A DNA stretch of 64,000 nt from Candidatus Bathyarchaeota archaeon. Lineage in GTDB: Archaea > Thermoproteota > Bathyarchaeia > Bathyarchaeales > Bathycorpusculaceae. The translations under genes were made by a program, and so were the position numbers. Below the pieces are notes generated by a model. The model saw only the letters and a program-made list of their open reading frames with translations. It made no database searches and was not told the DNA's origin. Where the stretch lies: contig CAVYES010000004.1 of the NCBI GenBank assembly GCA_963767735.1, forward strand, positions 96,001 to 160,000, in the 5' to 3' direction. Positions 48,871-58,761 of this stretch are shown here, piece by piece. Numbering within the stretch: the first letter of the stretch is position 1; each line of letters begins with the position of its first letter.

Positions 48871-49242
48871 TTAATGTTGGATTAATGGTGTTTGGTTCTG
48901 GATTTCATTGTGGGTTTGTGTGTTATCTCTTGTGATAGTTTTGCAAATTGTCTTAAGTGAGCATGCAGTGTAATTAAGTGTAGCTTTTCCGTTGCTTGTT
49001 AGTTTATAAATTTTTCTTGGTCTTTCGCTGTCCATGTTCCAGTCGCTTGTTATGTAGCTCTTTTTTTCCATTGTGTTAAGTATTGGATATACTGTGCTTG
49101 GTCCAAGATAGACGCCGAAGTTTTTGCGGATTGTTGTTATTATTTGGTAGCCGTGCATTGGGTGGTTTTCGAGTAGTTGCAGGATTATTAAGTCTAGTAG
49201 GCCTTTTGTGAGTTTGGCTTGAATGTTTTTTTCTATGGGCAT
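48871..49242 (-). CDS. PadR-family regulator
   Basis: KGLLDLIILQLL..PMHGYQI, STVYPIL and RPRKIYKLT motifs. Confidence 0.93.
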   Translation of the reverse strand: MPIEKNIQAKLTKGLLDLIILQLLENHPMHGYQIITTIRKNFGVYLGPSTVYPILNTMEKKSYITSDWNMDSERPRKIYKLTSNGKATLNYTACSLKTICKTITRDNTQTHNEIQNQTPLIQH

Positions 49243-49528
49243 TTTTTGTTTCTCCGTGTATGTTTGTTGTACAAGTGTACAATAGGTCCTTTTTCAGACA
49301 TATTGCCACGCAAGTATTCATATACACTACAGCCAATATAAAGCCTCTCGCATACCCTAAGCATATCAAAGCATAACAAAAAAGCCATTTCTCAACCAAA
49401 ACCAAGTCAACAACAAGCCTGCGACCATTAAAAAGCCCGTCATGAAAGCATTTAAATGGTTAAAAAACAGCAAAAACGAACTGTTCAACAATAAAACATA
49501 AAAATGCGGCTGCAGATTTGGCAGTTAA

Positions 49529-49894
49529 CTAAAGGGTTTCTGTGAAGCTTTTTAATGATTTCAAGTAATCCTGGAAGTTCAAATCGGCATTTTCTAGTTT
49601 AAATTTGAATAAAGGAATTTTCTGGTGCATATTTTTCATAACGTCAATTTCTATGAGTGATGCGCCGGTTTCAAATATTTGCTCAAGTGCGTTAACGAAA
49701 TCATCGATTCTGTTAGGTATGTCTTCTTTGGTTAGTTTATAGTTGGTCTCTAAACAGGAGTAGAGTGTGTGTTTTATTGGGGCTCCTAGTTTTGAGAAGG
49801 TTTGGTCTGTTGCTTCGATTAGGAGTTCTTGAAAGGTTGAACTGTTTAGGTTTATCTGGATTTGTGGATAGCTAACGGTTTGTGTTTGATTCAC
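49529..49894 (-). CDS. NitrOD5/DUF3227-like protein
   Basis: LIEA.D..FS.LG......LY..LE..Y.L....IP.RI..F..ALE.IF..GA..IE pattern. Confidence 0.7.
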   Translation of the reverse strand: MNQTQTVSYPQIQINLNSSTFQELLIEATDQTFSKLGAPIKHTLYSCLETNYKLTKEDIPNRIDDFVNALEQIFETGASLIEIDVMKNMHQKIPLFKFKLENADLNFQDYLKSLKSFTETL

Positions 49895-50418
49895 TTTATT
49901 CCCTCTCTTCTTTGTTGTTTTGTTAGGCTTGTGTACAATTGTATTAAGACTTAATATATTGCTTATTTTGAGATTTGACATATTACAAAAGTCGATATAT
50001 ACAAAAAAGACATAAACAGGTCTGTTAACCGTGCACGTTTAACTTAACCCACAAAACACCATCCTGCAAACAGTTCAGACCTCAACAGAATATTTGCACT
50101 CTGCAGCCTTAATATAACTCTCCTGCTCCCACAGATAGCTCGGCGCTAACACGATCTAAAGAAACTTGCCAATGCTTTCGGCTTCTTGAGCAGTGCTTGC
50201 ACGCAACTCGAAAATACTTAGTATCCAATTGAGGTTTTTTAGAAGACAATGGGCGGTTTGCAGATAGAAACTGTGAGATCTTTTTGGGTTTTGATATGTT
50301 ACAGTTTTGGAAACATAACAAGTTAAGGTTGAAAAGTGTTGACATATTCCAGTTTTTTGAATATCTCATTTAAATGAGAATTAAGATAGCAGATATTGCT
50401 TGAAAGCATGGTTTATAA

Positions 50419-51117
50419 GTGGAGAAAGAAGACGTGCGAGTTAACCCTCCGACGCAAGTTATCATAGCCGCTTTGAACGAGGAAGAAGGCATCGGCCTCA
50501 CCATATCCGAGCTAACCAAAACATTAAAGAATCCTCGGATTTTGGTTGTTGACGGCAAAAGCACAGATCGAACTGTTGAGATTGCCAAGGATATGGGTGC
50601 CGATGTTGTTTGCCAGGATGGATTAGGCAAGGGCGATGCGTTAGCGAAAGCGATTAAGAAAGCGGATTTAACTGTTGATTACGTGGTCATTACAGACGCA
50701 GATTATACGTACCCCGCTAAGCACGTGCCTGCGATGATCCAGATACTTGAGGAGAATCCTGCTGTGGGTATGGTTTGCGGTAACCGTTTTAGTGGTTACT
50801 CTGACATGAGGGGTTTGAATTACTTTTTTTATCTTGGTAATCGGGTTATAGCGTTTACTCAGAACTTTCTAAACGGCGTCTGGTTAGCTGATCCGTTGAC
50901 TGGGTTGCGTGTGGTACGTGCGGAAGTTCTTAGAGGTTGGCGGGTGAAATCTAAAGGCTTTGATGTTGAGGTCGAGCTTAATCATCATGTGGTGCGGGAA
51001 GGATTTAGTATCGTTGAGGTACCCATTAAATACCGAGAAAGATTAGGCGAAAAGAAACTAGGCGTTAGCCATGGCTTCGAAATTTTTAAGCGCATAATAT
51101 TAGAAACAACATATTGA
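50419..51117 (+). CDS. GT2 glycosyltransferase, copy B
   Basis: Highly similar to 41260-41958 at DNA and protein level. Confidence 0.93.
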   Translation: MEKEDVRVNPPTQVIIAALNEEEGIGLTISELTKTLKNPRILVVDGKSTDRTVEIAKDMGADVVCQDGLGKGDALAKAIKKADLTVDYVVITDADYTYPAKHVPAMIQILEENPAVGMVCGNRFSGYSDMRGLNYFFYLGNRVIAFTQNFLNGVWLADPLTGLRVVRAEVLRGWRVKSKGFDVEVELNHHVVREGFSIVEVPIKYRERLGEKKLGVSHGFEIFKRIILETTY

Positions 51118-51550
51118 GCCTTTTTTCAAATCTTTGAGGGCTGGGAGTTTACGTAACATAACTTTATGGTTATAGCTTTTGAATAACGATGCTATTGAAG
51201 TTGGATAAAGTTAACTCAATTTAATTTAATTTATTTATTTTATTTTTTTAAGGTTTGTTTGAACCGAAAAGTTTGAGTGGAAAAGCTACTTTAGGGTTGC
51301 TAAGATTTTTTTGTGTCTGTTTTTCCATTTGTTAAAGCGCATTGAGCTCTTTAACAAATTTTCAATGGTTGCTTGAAGCATTTTACTGGTCATTGTTATT
51401 TGCGCTTTATGCAATTTTTTTGTGTGCCTAGTTGAGGAATTGTTGGCGTACATCTTGCTTCACCAAAACAGTTATGGTCAGGCAAGTAGCTTTTGAACTC
51501 TTTTGAGAAGCCAAATGCACTAATTTGAGAAGTAGCGCGGGCAATAAGGA

Positions 51551-51632
51551 ACAGCATAATCTTACTCATCAATAAGTCTCAGAAGGCAAAGAGCTGCACC
51601 ACAGCAACAAAGTAAGGAACTGATTTAAGCCG
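51551..51632 (-). pseudogene. Short fragment paralogous to the 34658 hydrolase gene
   Basis: RLKSVPYFVAVVQLFAF*DLLMSKIM versus RLKSVPYFVAVVQHFAFGDLLMGKVM. Confidence 0.7.
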
Positions 51633-51831
51633 CACCATTTCAGGAATAATTCGTTGTTCTTTAGGATGCACTTTTCTCTTGAGAATGCTTCCTGTTCAAT
51701 CGGTTTTACCGTTTGTTCAAGGCTCTCTTTATTTTTTTAGGGCCTGACTGATTATTTGGTCCATCATATGTTTGGTCTCGAACGTTTGGGGGAACGTTTA
51801 TTTTCATACGTTCAATTTGTCAGTTTGGATA

Positions 51832-52563
51832 TTATTCCTTTGATGGCTTTTGAGAAAACCACGCTAACGTTCTCTTTAACCCTTCATCAAAACTCATGTT
51901 CGGCTTCCATCCCACCAGTCTCTCCAGTTTGCTTGTTTCTGGGCAGCGTCTTTTCGGGTCGTCTTTGGGCAGTGGATGAAATTCTATGGTTGACTTGCAT
52001 TTGGTTGCTTCTTTTACTTTCTTTGCCAACTCGAGGATGGTGACTTCTTGGGTGTTGCCTACGTTTACAACTTCCCCCTTAGCTTGCGTGTTAATCATCA
52101 GCAACATTAACCCAGTTACCGTGTCTGTTATGTAGCAGAATGACCTAGTCTGCTTTCCATCGCCATAGACAGTTATGGGCTGATTATTCAAAGCCTGCAA
52201 GATAAAACGTGACATCGCTCTCCCATAAAGCCCGTCTTCCCGCAGGCGTGGACCATGAGAATTGAAGATTCTTGGAACTCTAACATCTAACCCATATTGC
52301 TTGCCGTAAGCCATAAGCAAAGCTTCAGCAAAACGTTTTCCTTCATCGTAACATGATCTAGGCCCAATAGGGTTAACTTTTCCCCAGTAACTCTCAGGTG
52401 TAGGAATAATCTCCGTGTCACCATAAACCTCCGAAGTCGACGCAAACAGCAAAGTAGCATCATTTTTCCTAGCTAACTCTGCCATGCCAAAGCTGCCTAA
52501 AGCACTAGTCTGCAAGGTTTCAATTGGATGTGCTTGATACTCGTCAGGAGACGCGTGTCCAGC
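51832..52563 (-). pseudogene. UDP-glucuronate decarboxylase-like NAD-dependent epimerase, 5'-truncated
   Basis: AGHASP, ASTSEVYG, YDEGK, RIFNSHGPR and QTRSFCY present; Rossmann GxxGxxG N-terminus missing. Confidence 0.88.
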
Positions 52564-54014
52564 CCATTAAGGTAAACATACATGTTTGTTCCATCATAGA
52601 TGAAAGCGCCGAAGAGGCGGCCATTTAGCGGGGCGGATCCAGCTGGCGCCGTTAAAGTTACCCAAGCTCCACCGATATATAAGCCAAAAACAATGCTTCC
52701 ATTAGCTAGGAGTTCAACATAAAACTGGTTAGCTTTATACACCAAGTACTGAGCAGCTGCAGATGTCGGCGAGAACCAGCATGTACATGAAAACTTGGAT
52801 AAGCCGCCGAAATCAATTACATTAGCAGGCACATCAACATATGAACCGTTTCCATTAAACATTAAAACTTCTGTTTCTGGCCCTGGAATCCAAGTGCACC
52901 CAGAGCCTATTGTCCCATTATTTGCGTTTGGACTTTGATCTGTCGCCACTGTGCCTTGGCCTTCGCCAAGATGATAAAAGCCTAACAAACTTTGCAAGCT
53001 CACACTTGCACCCTGCATTTGATCACTGCTCACGGGCAAAGTACTAAGGGCTGCTGTTGAAGTTGCCATGGCATCGACTAGGTTGCTGAAGTCGTTAACT
53101 GAATGCACAATTTCAATAGTTGCCTTGGTCAAAGTTTTTGTTATGCAGCAAATTTCGTAGCTCCCCGAGAGCCCAAAAGCTGCACCGTTCGTAACGGTAA
53201 CCAAGTCGCCGCTGTTGAGCAGTGCTGCCTGAGCAATATCGCACACGAGGGGAGAGCCGCTATTGGTTTGCTGGAGGCTTTGCAGGTATTCCGTTGCAAG
53301 GCTATTTAGTGTCGCTTGGCTCATAGCGATTTTGTTGGTTAAGGTTTTAACGCTGTAACCAGCGCCTGTGTTACCTGCTGAACCCGAAATAGCATTTCCA
53401 GCTTGATCGACGCCGCGGATAATTACTCCATCATAGCCCGCTTTGCTTCTGTCAATATCCACTTCGCTCTCTGTGTCAATTGTTATGGCAGTGGGCGTTT
53501 GACTTCCCTTTAAGGCGATATTTACGGTGTTGCCTGTATTGAACAAATTTAAGCCTAAAATATTGGCAACATTAAGCGCCGCGGTGTAACAGTCCGTTGA
53601 ATTAAACTGTGTGCTAATGTCTGTTGTCGGGCAGGATCCAGCGGTCATGCCGCAAGCTGCGCAAATTGAAGCCAAGATTGACGATGCAGCCACATTATTA
53701 TATTTTCCAGTGATGGTCTGCTTTTTCATTAATTCAAAAACGCTATTGTAAACCGTGGCTGTGATGTTGAGGAATTTTGCTTTGTATGCTCGTAGTAATC
53801 CAGCAAAGACGCTTGTGCTTCCCCAGAGGATTTGAATTTGCTGATCGGTTTGGACAAAAGCCAAGTTCACTGGTGTGTTAGGAAGAATAAAGTCTAATTC
53901 TTGTTCGCCGGATGCTCCTAACTGACCGTTGATTTCGTCAACTATCTGATCTATTACGGCGTCAGTTTTGGTAGTCCAGGTGCCGCCAGACAAATATTGG
54001 ATCGTCCATGACAT
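52497..54014 (-). CDS. Tail hub/tip protein with a C-terminal LamG-like domain (truncated, out-of-frame tail)
   Basis: Follows Dit; GFYHLGEGQG.VA.D.S...NNGT, FS..CW and YDGTNMYVYLNG LamG motifs. Confidence 0.75.
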   Translation of the reverse strand: MSWTIQYLSGGTWTTKTDAVIDQIVDEINGQLGASGEQELDFILPNTPVNLAFVQTDQQIQILWGSTSVFAGLLRAYKAKFLNITATVYNSVFELMKKQTITGKYNNVAASSILASICAACGMTAGSCPTTDISTQFNSTDCYTAALNVANILGLNLFNTGNTVNIALKGSQTPTAITIDTESEVDIDRSKAGYDGVIIRGVDQAGNAISGSAGNTGAGYSVKTLTNKIAMSQATLNSLATEYLQSLQQTNSGSPLVCDIAQAALLNSGDLVTVTNGAAFGLSGSYEICCITKTLTKATIEIVHSVNDFSNLVDAMATSTAALSTLPVSSDQMQGASVSLQSLLGFYHLGEGQGTVATDQSPNANNGTIGSGCTWIPGPETEVLMFNGNGSYVDVPANVIDFGGLSKFSCTCWFSPTSAAAQYLVYKANQFYVELLANGSIVFGLYIGGAWVTLTAPAGSAPLNGRLFGAFIYDGTNMYVYLNGLDTRLLTSIKHIQLKPCRLVL

Positions 54015-54016
54015 GT

Positions 54017-54412
54017 CTATAGCACCACGTAGTTTGCTGCAAACTTGAAGACAAGAGTAAATTTGATCGCTGGCTGATTGGCGTAATCTTTTGTTTCTGT
54101 GAAGGTTGCTTTGTCAAATTTCCATGTGGCGTTTAGACTGGGCCGAGGAGTGCTTAACGTAACCAGTAAATGGAGCATTCCCAGTAAGGGAATAATGTAA
54201 GTAGTGTCGATAATGCTTTTGCTTGATCCTGCTATGTAGAAAAAGCCTTCCATAGTTAAAGTGCGCACATCATTGCAGACGGAAACAAGAGTAGTTCCCT
54301 GCTCAGGTATATTGATTGAAGAATCATCTACCGTTGGAGATTCATCTGTATTAGTCTGTGGAGCAAATGGCAACGTAACTGTTGTGGACCCTTGCGATAT
54401 TTGCCAACTCAT
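54017..54412 (-). CDS. Distal tail (Dit)-like protein
   Basis: Position after the tape measure gene; size; RTLTMEG motif. Confidence 0.6.
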   Translation of the reverse strand: MSWQISQGSTTVTLPFAPQTNTDESPTVDDSSINIPEQGTTLVSVCNDVRTLTMEGFFYIAGSSKSIIDTTYIIPLLGMLHLLVTLSTPRPSLNATWKFDKATFTETKDYANQPAIKFTLVFKFAANYVVL

Positions 54413-54579
54413 TAATTTTTCCTCGCTATTAACATGTAATTCCACGCATTCCCGTCTGGATGTGCGTCTGCGATATTTTGATCCAAGTCTTAAAAGTCAC
54501 AAAATACCTTAGCTGCAAACTATCCATCGTCCCATGAGTTTAAATTATTGTTTTTTCAAATGAAGTTAGGCAGTAGAAA

Positions 54580-54825
54580 ATGCAAAAGCCACCCATAATT
54601 ATAGAGATTCAGGAAGCAATCAAACTATGCGAAGAGGCAGGGCGTAAGCCGATACTTATACTCATTAACCCAGAAGTGTCAGATAGGCTGAGTGAAGAGG
54701 TGAAAAACTATCCACCAGGAACAATTTCCTTCAACGAAATTCTCGGATTAAAAGTGATTGAGAATCAAAAGATTAAAGATTTCTATATCGTTGACGAAAG
54801 AAGCTGGGCAGAACAGAAATGGTAA
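54580..54825 (+). CDS. Hypothetical protein on the opposite strand within the tail module
   Basis: 81 aa ORF with its own upstream TTTAAA box. Confidence 0.7.
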   Translation: MQKPPIIIEIQEAIKLCEEAGRKPILILINPEVSDRLSEEVKNYPPGTISFNEILGLKVIENQKIKDFYIVDERSWAEQKW

Positions 54826-54853
54826 AACTTGTTCCAAACTAAATAACAAATAT

Positions 54854-56239
54854 CTAAGTCACCTTGTTAATTATGCCTTTTTTGTACATTGCATCGCAGA
54901 TGCCTTTGTTTACGGCGTCTCGTGTCTGCTTAAGTGAAGCTGTTCCGGTGATGCTGCCAATTGTGATGTTGGGTGAGCCGATTGTCACGTTGCTGGTTCC
55001 GCCGCCCCCCTTGACTGAGACGTTTCCTGCTAAGCCTTGAAGGCTAGATCCAAGCGTGTTAGTTTTATGCGTTAACTGATCGCTCAGCGCTATGCTCTGC
55101 GTAACCTGTTTGTTGAATTCTTCAGCCGCAGGCGCTGCGTGGGCAAAGCACAAATGGCTAAGAGCTGAGCCTAAGCCGCCGATTAAATCAGACAATGGTT
55201 TTACCGCATTTGCAACGGCGCCAATGGCTGTCTCAAAGGCTTTAACAGGCACTAATGCAAAGTCCAAATCTGCAACTAAAACTTCTTTGAAAAAGTTAGC
55301 TACCGGCAACAAAATGTTGCTGTATGCCCAGCTAAGCCCGCTCCATAAGGCATCTCCAGCATTTTTCAAAGCGTTAAATGCGGAAAGAACTGAGCCTCCT
55401 ATTATGGTACCTATGTCGTTGATTACGTCGCGGAAGGGCTTGCAATACGTGTAAGCGGCTATTACACCTGCCACCAAAGCAGCAATGGCAAGAACGACTA
55501 AACCAATCGGGTTAGCATCCATAACAACGTCAAGAGCTGCCTGGGCGCCTTCCCACATTTGAGTCGCATGACTCGCCAAAGTCATAACATTAATTACTGC
55601 AGGAATGACCGTAAGAGCCGACATCATCAAGGTACTGTTATAGTTGCGGTTTGCCTCTGCCACTCGTTCTTGATCTACTTGCTGAGTTTCAATAGCTAAA
55701 TTGAGCTTGCTTGTTGCATCTTGTGCTTGAATGCTGGTTTCGCCGTATTTTGCAACGGCCACGTTATAGGCTTGTTGCGCTAAGGTTACAGAGTTGGCCG
55801 CTTTTTCTTCTGTTAAATTCGCTCTTGCGAGTGATGTTTGCGCGTTTTCTATGTTATTTACAGCCATATACAACATGGCACCGCTCATCGCAGCGCTATT
55901 CATCTGCATGGCGTTTTGGCTGAAGCTTTGGCTTGAAGCCTCCGTTGCGTCGCTTGCTTCCCCAGTGCTGACGGTTATTTGGTTCATGCTTACTTGGGCT
56001 GTGCTTCCAGCTTGATTTAATGAATCCTGCATTTGGCTAGTATCAGCCTGCACGGTTGTCGTCATAGTTGAAACAGAGCTGGAGGTTTGTTGCATGCTAT
56101 CTGAAACGTCGGTGCTCATTGCGTCGGAAGCTTCGCTGACATTGCTGCTCATATCGGTAAAGTTGCTGCTGACCTCTTGAAAAACGTCTGAGGCGTCATC
56201 AGTCGCAACAATGTCTATTTCTGCAGGAGCCCCACTCAT
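54854..56239 (-). CDS. Tape measure protein
   Basis: IDIVATDDAS N-terminus; Ala/Gln-rich helices; ANPIGLVVLAIAALVAG motif. Confidence 0.9.
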   Translation of the reverse strand: MSGAPAEIDIVATDDASDVFQEVSSNFTDMSSNVSEASDAMSTDVSDSMQQTSSSVSTMTTTVQADTSQMQDSLNQAGSTAQVSMNQITVSTGEASDATEASSQSFSQNAMQMNSAAMSGAMLYMAVNNIENAQTSLARANLTEEKAANSVTLAQQAYNVAVAKYGETSIQAQDATSKLNLAIETQQVDQERVAEANRNYNSTLMMSALTVIPAVINVMTLASHATQMWEGAQAALDVVMDANPIGLVVLAIAALVAGVIAAYTYCKPFRDVINDIGTIIGGSVLSAFNALKNAGDALWSGLSWAYSNILLPVANFFKEVLVADLDFALVPVKAFETAIGAVANAVKPLSDLIGGLGSALSHLCFAHAAPAAEEFNKQVTQSIALSDQLTHKTNTLGSSLQGLAGNVSVKGGGGTSNVTIGSPNITIGSITGTASLKQTRDAVNKGICDAMYKKGIINKVT

Positions 56240-56379
56240 TTTTTCAAACCTCGCTTAGACTTAGACCTATTTTTATCGCCAAAGCAATAGAGTATCCAGC
56301 CTACAAGAAACAGCAAACAACTTATTGGAAAAAGAATCGTGGCAATTATTTTCCGAATTATTTTATGGTGTTGTTTCAT
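56236..56379 (-). CDS. 47-aa single-TM protein, P-x7/8-GWxLY family (below ORF-track cutoff)
   Basis: MKQHHKIIRKIIATILFPISCLLFLVGWILYCFGDKNRSKSKRGLKK*; GGAGGG RBS; ATGA overlap with the tape measure gene. Confidence 0.75.
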   Translation of the reverse strand: MKQHHKIIRKIIATILFPISCLLFLVGWILYCFGDKNRSKSKRGLKK

Positions 56380-56381
56380 TT

Positions 56382-56920
56382 TTATCCCTCCGATAATTTG
56401 TGGTACCATACTGCTGATTGAATCAAAAACTCCAATTGAAAATTGGTTAAGCTTGCCGCGTACTCTAGGGTGTAGTGGTAGAGGTTGACGACGGCGGCGA
56501 TCCGCTGGGCTTCGCTGCTCCAGTAGATCCAGTCATTGACCGCCTCAGCTGGCGCGGTAAAAAACCCTCATTAAGCAACGCCTTCTCCAATGCACGCACT
56601 AGATCCCAGGGCGCATCGCGCAGGTCTTTCTCGGTTAAGTCTGGGTAGCAGGGCTTCATCATCTTTAGAAGTGCCTGCAGTTCAAATTCGCGTTGATCAT
56701 CCTTGTAGAATTTAGCCAAATCGCTCAGCTCGTTGTGGGTAAGTAACACGAATTTGACCCATCCGGCGCCGGGCACATTGGCCTCTTGCGGAACCTTACT
56801 GCTTTTGAGCAGGCCTACGCTAAAGTTTTTGAACCGCTCTTTCTGCTCTGCTTCATATTCGTTGAATGCCGCCTTAAGTTTCTCGAAACCTTCGCTATCA
56901 AATTTTTCTTCACTCATCAA
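56382..56920 (-). CDS. Tail assembly chaperone G (56465-56920) and -1 frameshift product GT (179 aa)
   Basis: Slippery G GGT TTT TTA at 56567-56558; the -1 frame is open for 59 codons to TAA at 56382. Confidence 0.8.
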
Positions 56921-57016
56921 ATCACCTCATTTATCGTCAACTTAAATTTCTTTGATAACAGATTTTATCAAAAACGTTAAAATGAAGCAAAAAGGAAGCA
57001 TGAAAGAAGTGATACG

Positions 57017-57871
57017 GTGGAAAAAGTGGGCTGGTCATCCCTGCACAAGATTCTTGGTGATACTACTAGGAGAAGTATTCTAGAGCTGGTTAAGGAAAAA
57101 GATGCGATTAGCTATACAGAAATAATGTCGACCTTGCGAATAACAAACACCGGCAGACTCAATTACCACATCAAGGCGTTGAATGGTCTTATATCTAAAG
57201 ACGACCAGGGAAAGTACCATCTCACAGAGAAAGGACAGCTTGCAATTAACTTGCTTCAGGCCTTCCCTAAAAAAGTTCAGGCGGTGAATGTACCATTTAT
57301 CACTAAGCATTCATTAAAGTTCGCCGCTGCTGCACTCTTGATAATTCTTGGGGTGTTTCTAATCGTCTTTGCTTTTGTTTTCGCCATTTCATCGTTCCAA
57401 GCCGAGGTTGCTACCGCGAGCTATCGTTTTCCCGACCGAACTCTACCCCCGAATACAACTATATTTCTAATGGGAGGAAATGTTCAAAATGCTTCACGAT
57501 ATACCATTCATTGGAATGCCTCAAATCCAATAAACATCTATGTCCTGAATTCAACTCAATATGATGCTTTACCACTTGAGCATAATACAAATGGGGTTTT
57601 GTCGAATTTCACTGGGATGCCCTCAGTGTACTTAGATAAATACACTTTGAAAAGCGATCGTGTTTCGCTGACACTTCCTCAAGGTCAATATTGGTTTTAC
57701 GCAGGATCGACGAGTAATACTACATTGGATTCGCTCTTGGTGACTCAAAAGATAAACCTGACTGGCGGGCCATCACTTTTAGAAAACTTAGAAAACTTGA
57801 CTCCAGTTGGTCTGGGAATTATTATGATTGTCCTTGGCATTTTAATTCGTACTCGTCGGGTTTGGCGATAA
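57017..57871 (+). CDS. Membrane-anchored ArsR-like wHTH regulator (moron)
   Basis: ILGDTTRRSIL, LNYHIKAL and YHLTEKG HTH; TM helix; extracytoplasmic beta domain; C-terminal TM. Confidence 0.85.
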   Translation: MEKVGWSSLHKILGDTTRRSILELVKEKDAISYTEIMSTLRITNTGRLNYHIKALNGLISKDDQGKYHLTEKGQLAINLLQAFPKKVQAVNVPFITKHSLKFAAAALLIILGVFLIVFAFVFAISSFQAEVATASYRFPDRTLPPNTTIFLMGGNVQNASRYTIHWNASNPINIYVLNSTQYDALPLEHNTNGVLSNFTGMPSVYLDKYTLKSDRVSLTLPQGQYWFYAGSTSNTTLDSLLVTQKINLTGGPSLLENLENLTPVGLGIIMIVLGILIRTRRVWR

Positions 57872-57901
57872 GAAAAACCTAAACGAAGAGAAAGAAAAGC
57901 A

Positions 57902-58324
57902 CTAGAATGTGCTTGTGGCCACACTTTGCGCTTCACCGCTAATATCGTTTGCAATGGTGCCTTTCTGCCCGTTTTTCACGCTGTAAGCCGTTAGGACTAC
58001 GTTGCTTAACGTGATTTTTGGAGTCCCAGACCCTGTAGTCGTACCTTGTGGACCCCAAATAACCGTAACCAACGTGCCGTTTAGAACATCTGTAAGTAAT
58101 GCTGCGTAGTTTGCTGGAACATAAAGTGCTGAAGCCTTGAAGGTGTAGGATTGGTTGCCGCTTGCCGTGAAAGCTGGCGATGGAGATCCGCCTGAAGCGC
58201 AAACGTATTCCTTAATCATTTCCGCTTTAACATCCAAAGTGAAGTCAGTGAGGAAACCGATTGCCGCTCCGCCCACCTGAACAACTGCATTCCGACTTAG
58301 AACTGGCGTAGTAGCTAAACTCAT
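57902..58324 (-). CDS. Tail tube protein
   Basis: 140 aa beta-rich protein upstream of the chaperone; GNQSYTFKAS motif. Confidence 0.75.
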   Translation of the reverse strand: MSLATTPVLSRNAVVQVGGAAIGFLTDFTLDVKAEMIKEYVCASGGSPSPAFTASGNQSYTFKASALYVPANYAALLTDVLNGTLVTVIWGPQGTTTGSGTPKITLSNVVLTAYSVKNGQKGTIANDISGEAQSVATSTF

Positions 58325-58363
58325 AATTTTTCACCTCGATTACAATGATTACTTTGAAGACCG

Positions 58364-58726
58364 TTAACCTTGAAGTAAATCTTGGATTTGCTGCTCAATC
58401 TCAGGAGCGAATTCGCTAAGATGCTGATTAACAGAGTTAGTAAGGAAAAGCCTCGCAGACATCTTTCTAGTGCCAAACTCCACATAATACGCATAAGGCG
58501 CTGTAGCCTTGATTTTGATTTGAAAATTGCTGGGTTGCTCGATTGCTATTGTACTTTTTAAATATCCCGTTCTGACTGGAACTAACGTGTTTGCAGTCGC
58601 CAAAATATCTTGAGCAACATTCATCATAGCCCGCCCCACAGCCTCCGGGTACTGCTCACCAAGGCAATCAAAGCAACTGCTCAGCACATCAAAATTTGAC
58701 AAGTTGACCCGAATAGAAAGACTCAA
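58364..58726 (-). CDS. HK97 gp10-like tail completion protein
   Basis: PVRTGYLKSTI, APYAYYVEFGTRKM and FL..S motifs. Confidence 0.9.
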   Translation of the reverse strand: MSLSIRVNLSNFDVLSSCFDCLGEQYPEAVGRAMMNVAQDILATANTLVPVRTGYLKSTIAIEQPSNFQIKIKATAPYAYYVEFGTRKMSARLFLTNSVNQHLSEFAPEIEQQIQDLLQG

Positions 58727-58761
58727 ATTTTTTCACCTTTGATGGAGGCCGCTGTTTTCTT

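Noticed and set aside
50109-50369. 86-aa minus-strand ORF with CKHC
   Set aside because: No family pattern or RBS; probably spurious or a decayed fragment.
1-52500. Classical integron
   Set aside because: No tyrosine integrase and no attC-type sites with GTTRRRY cores seen; genes lie on both strands with their own promoters.
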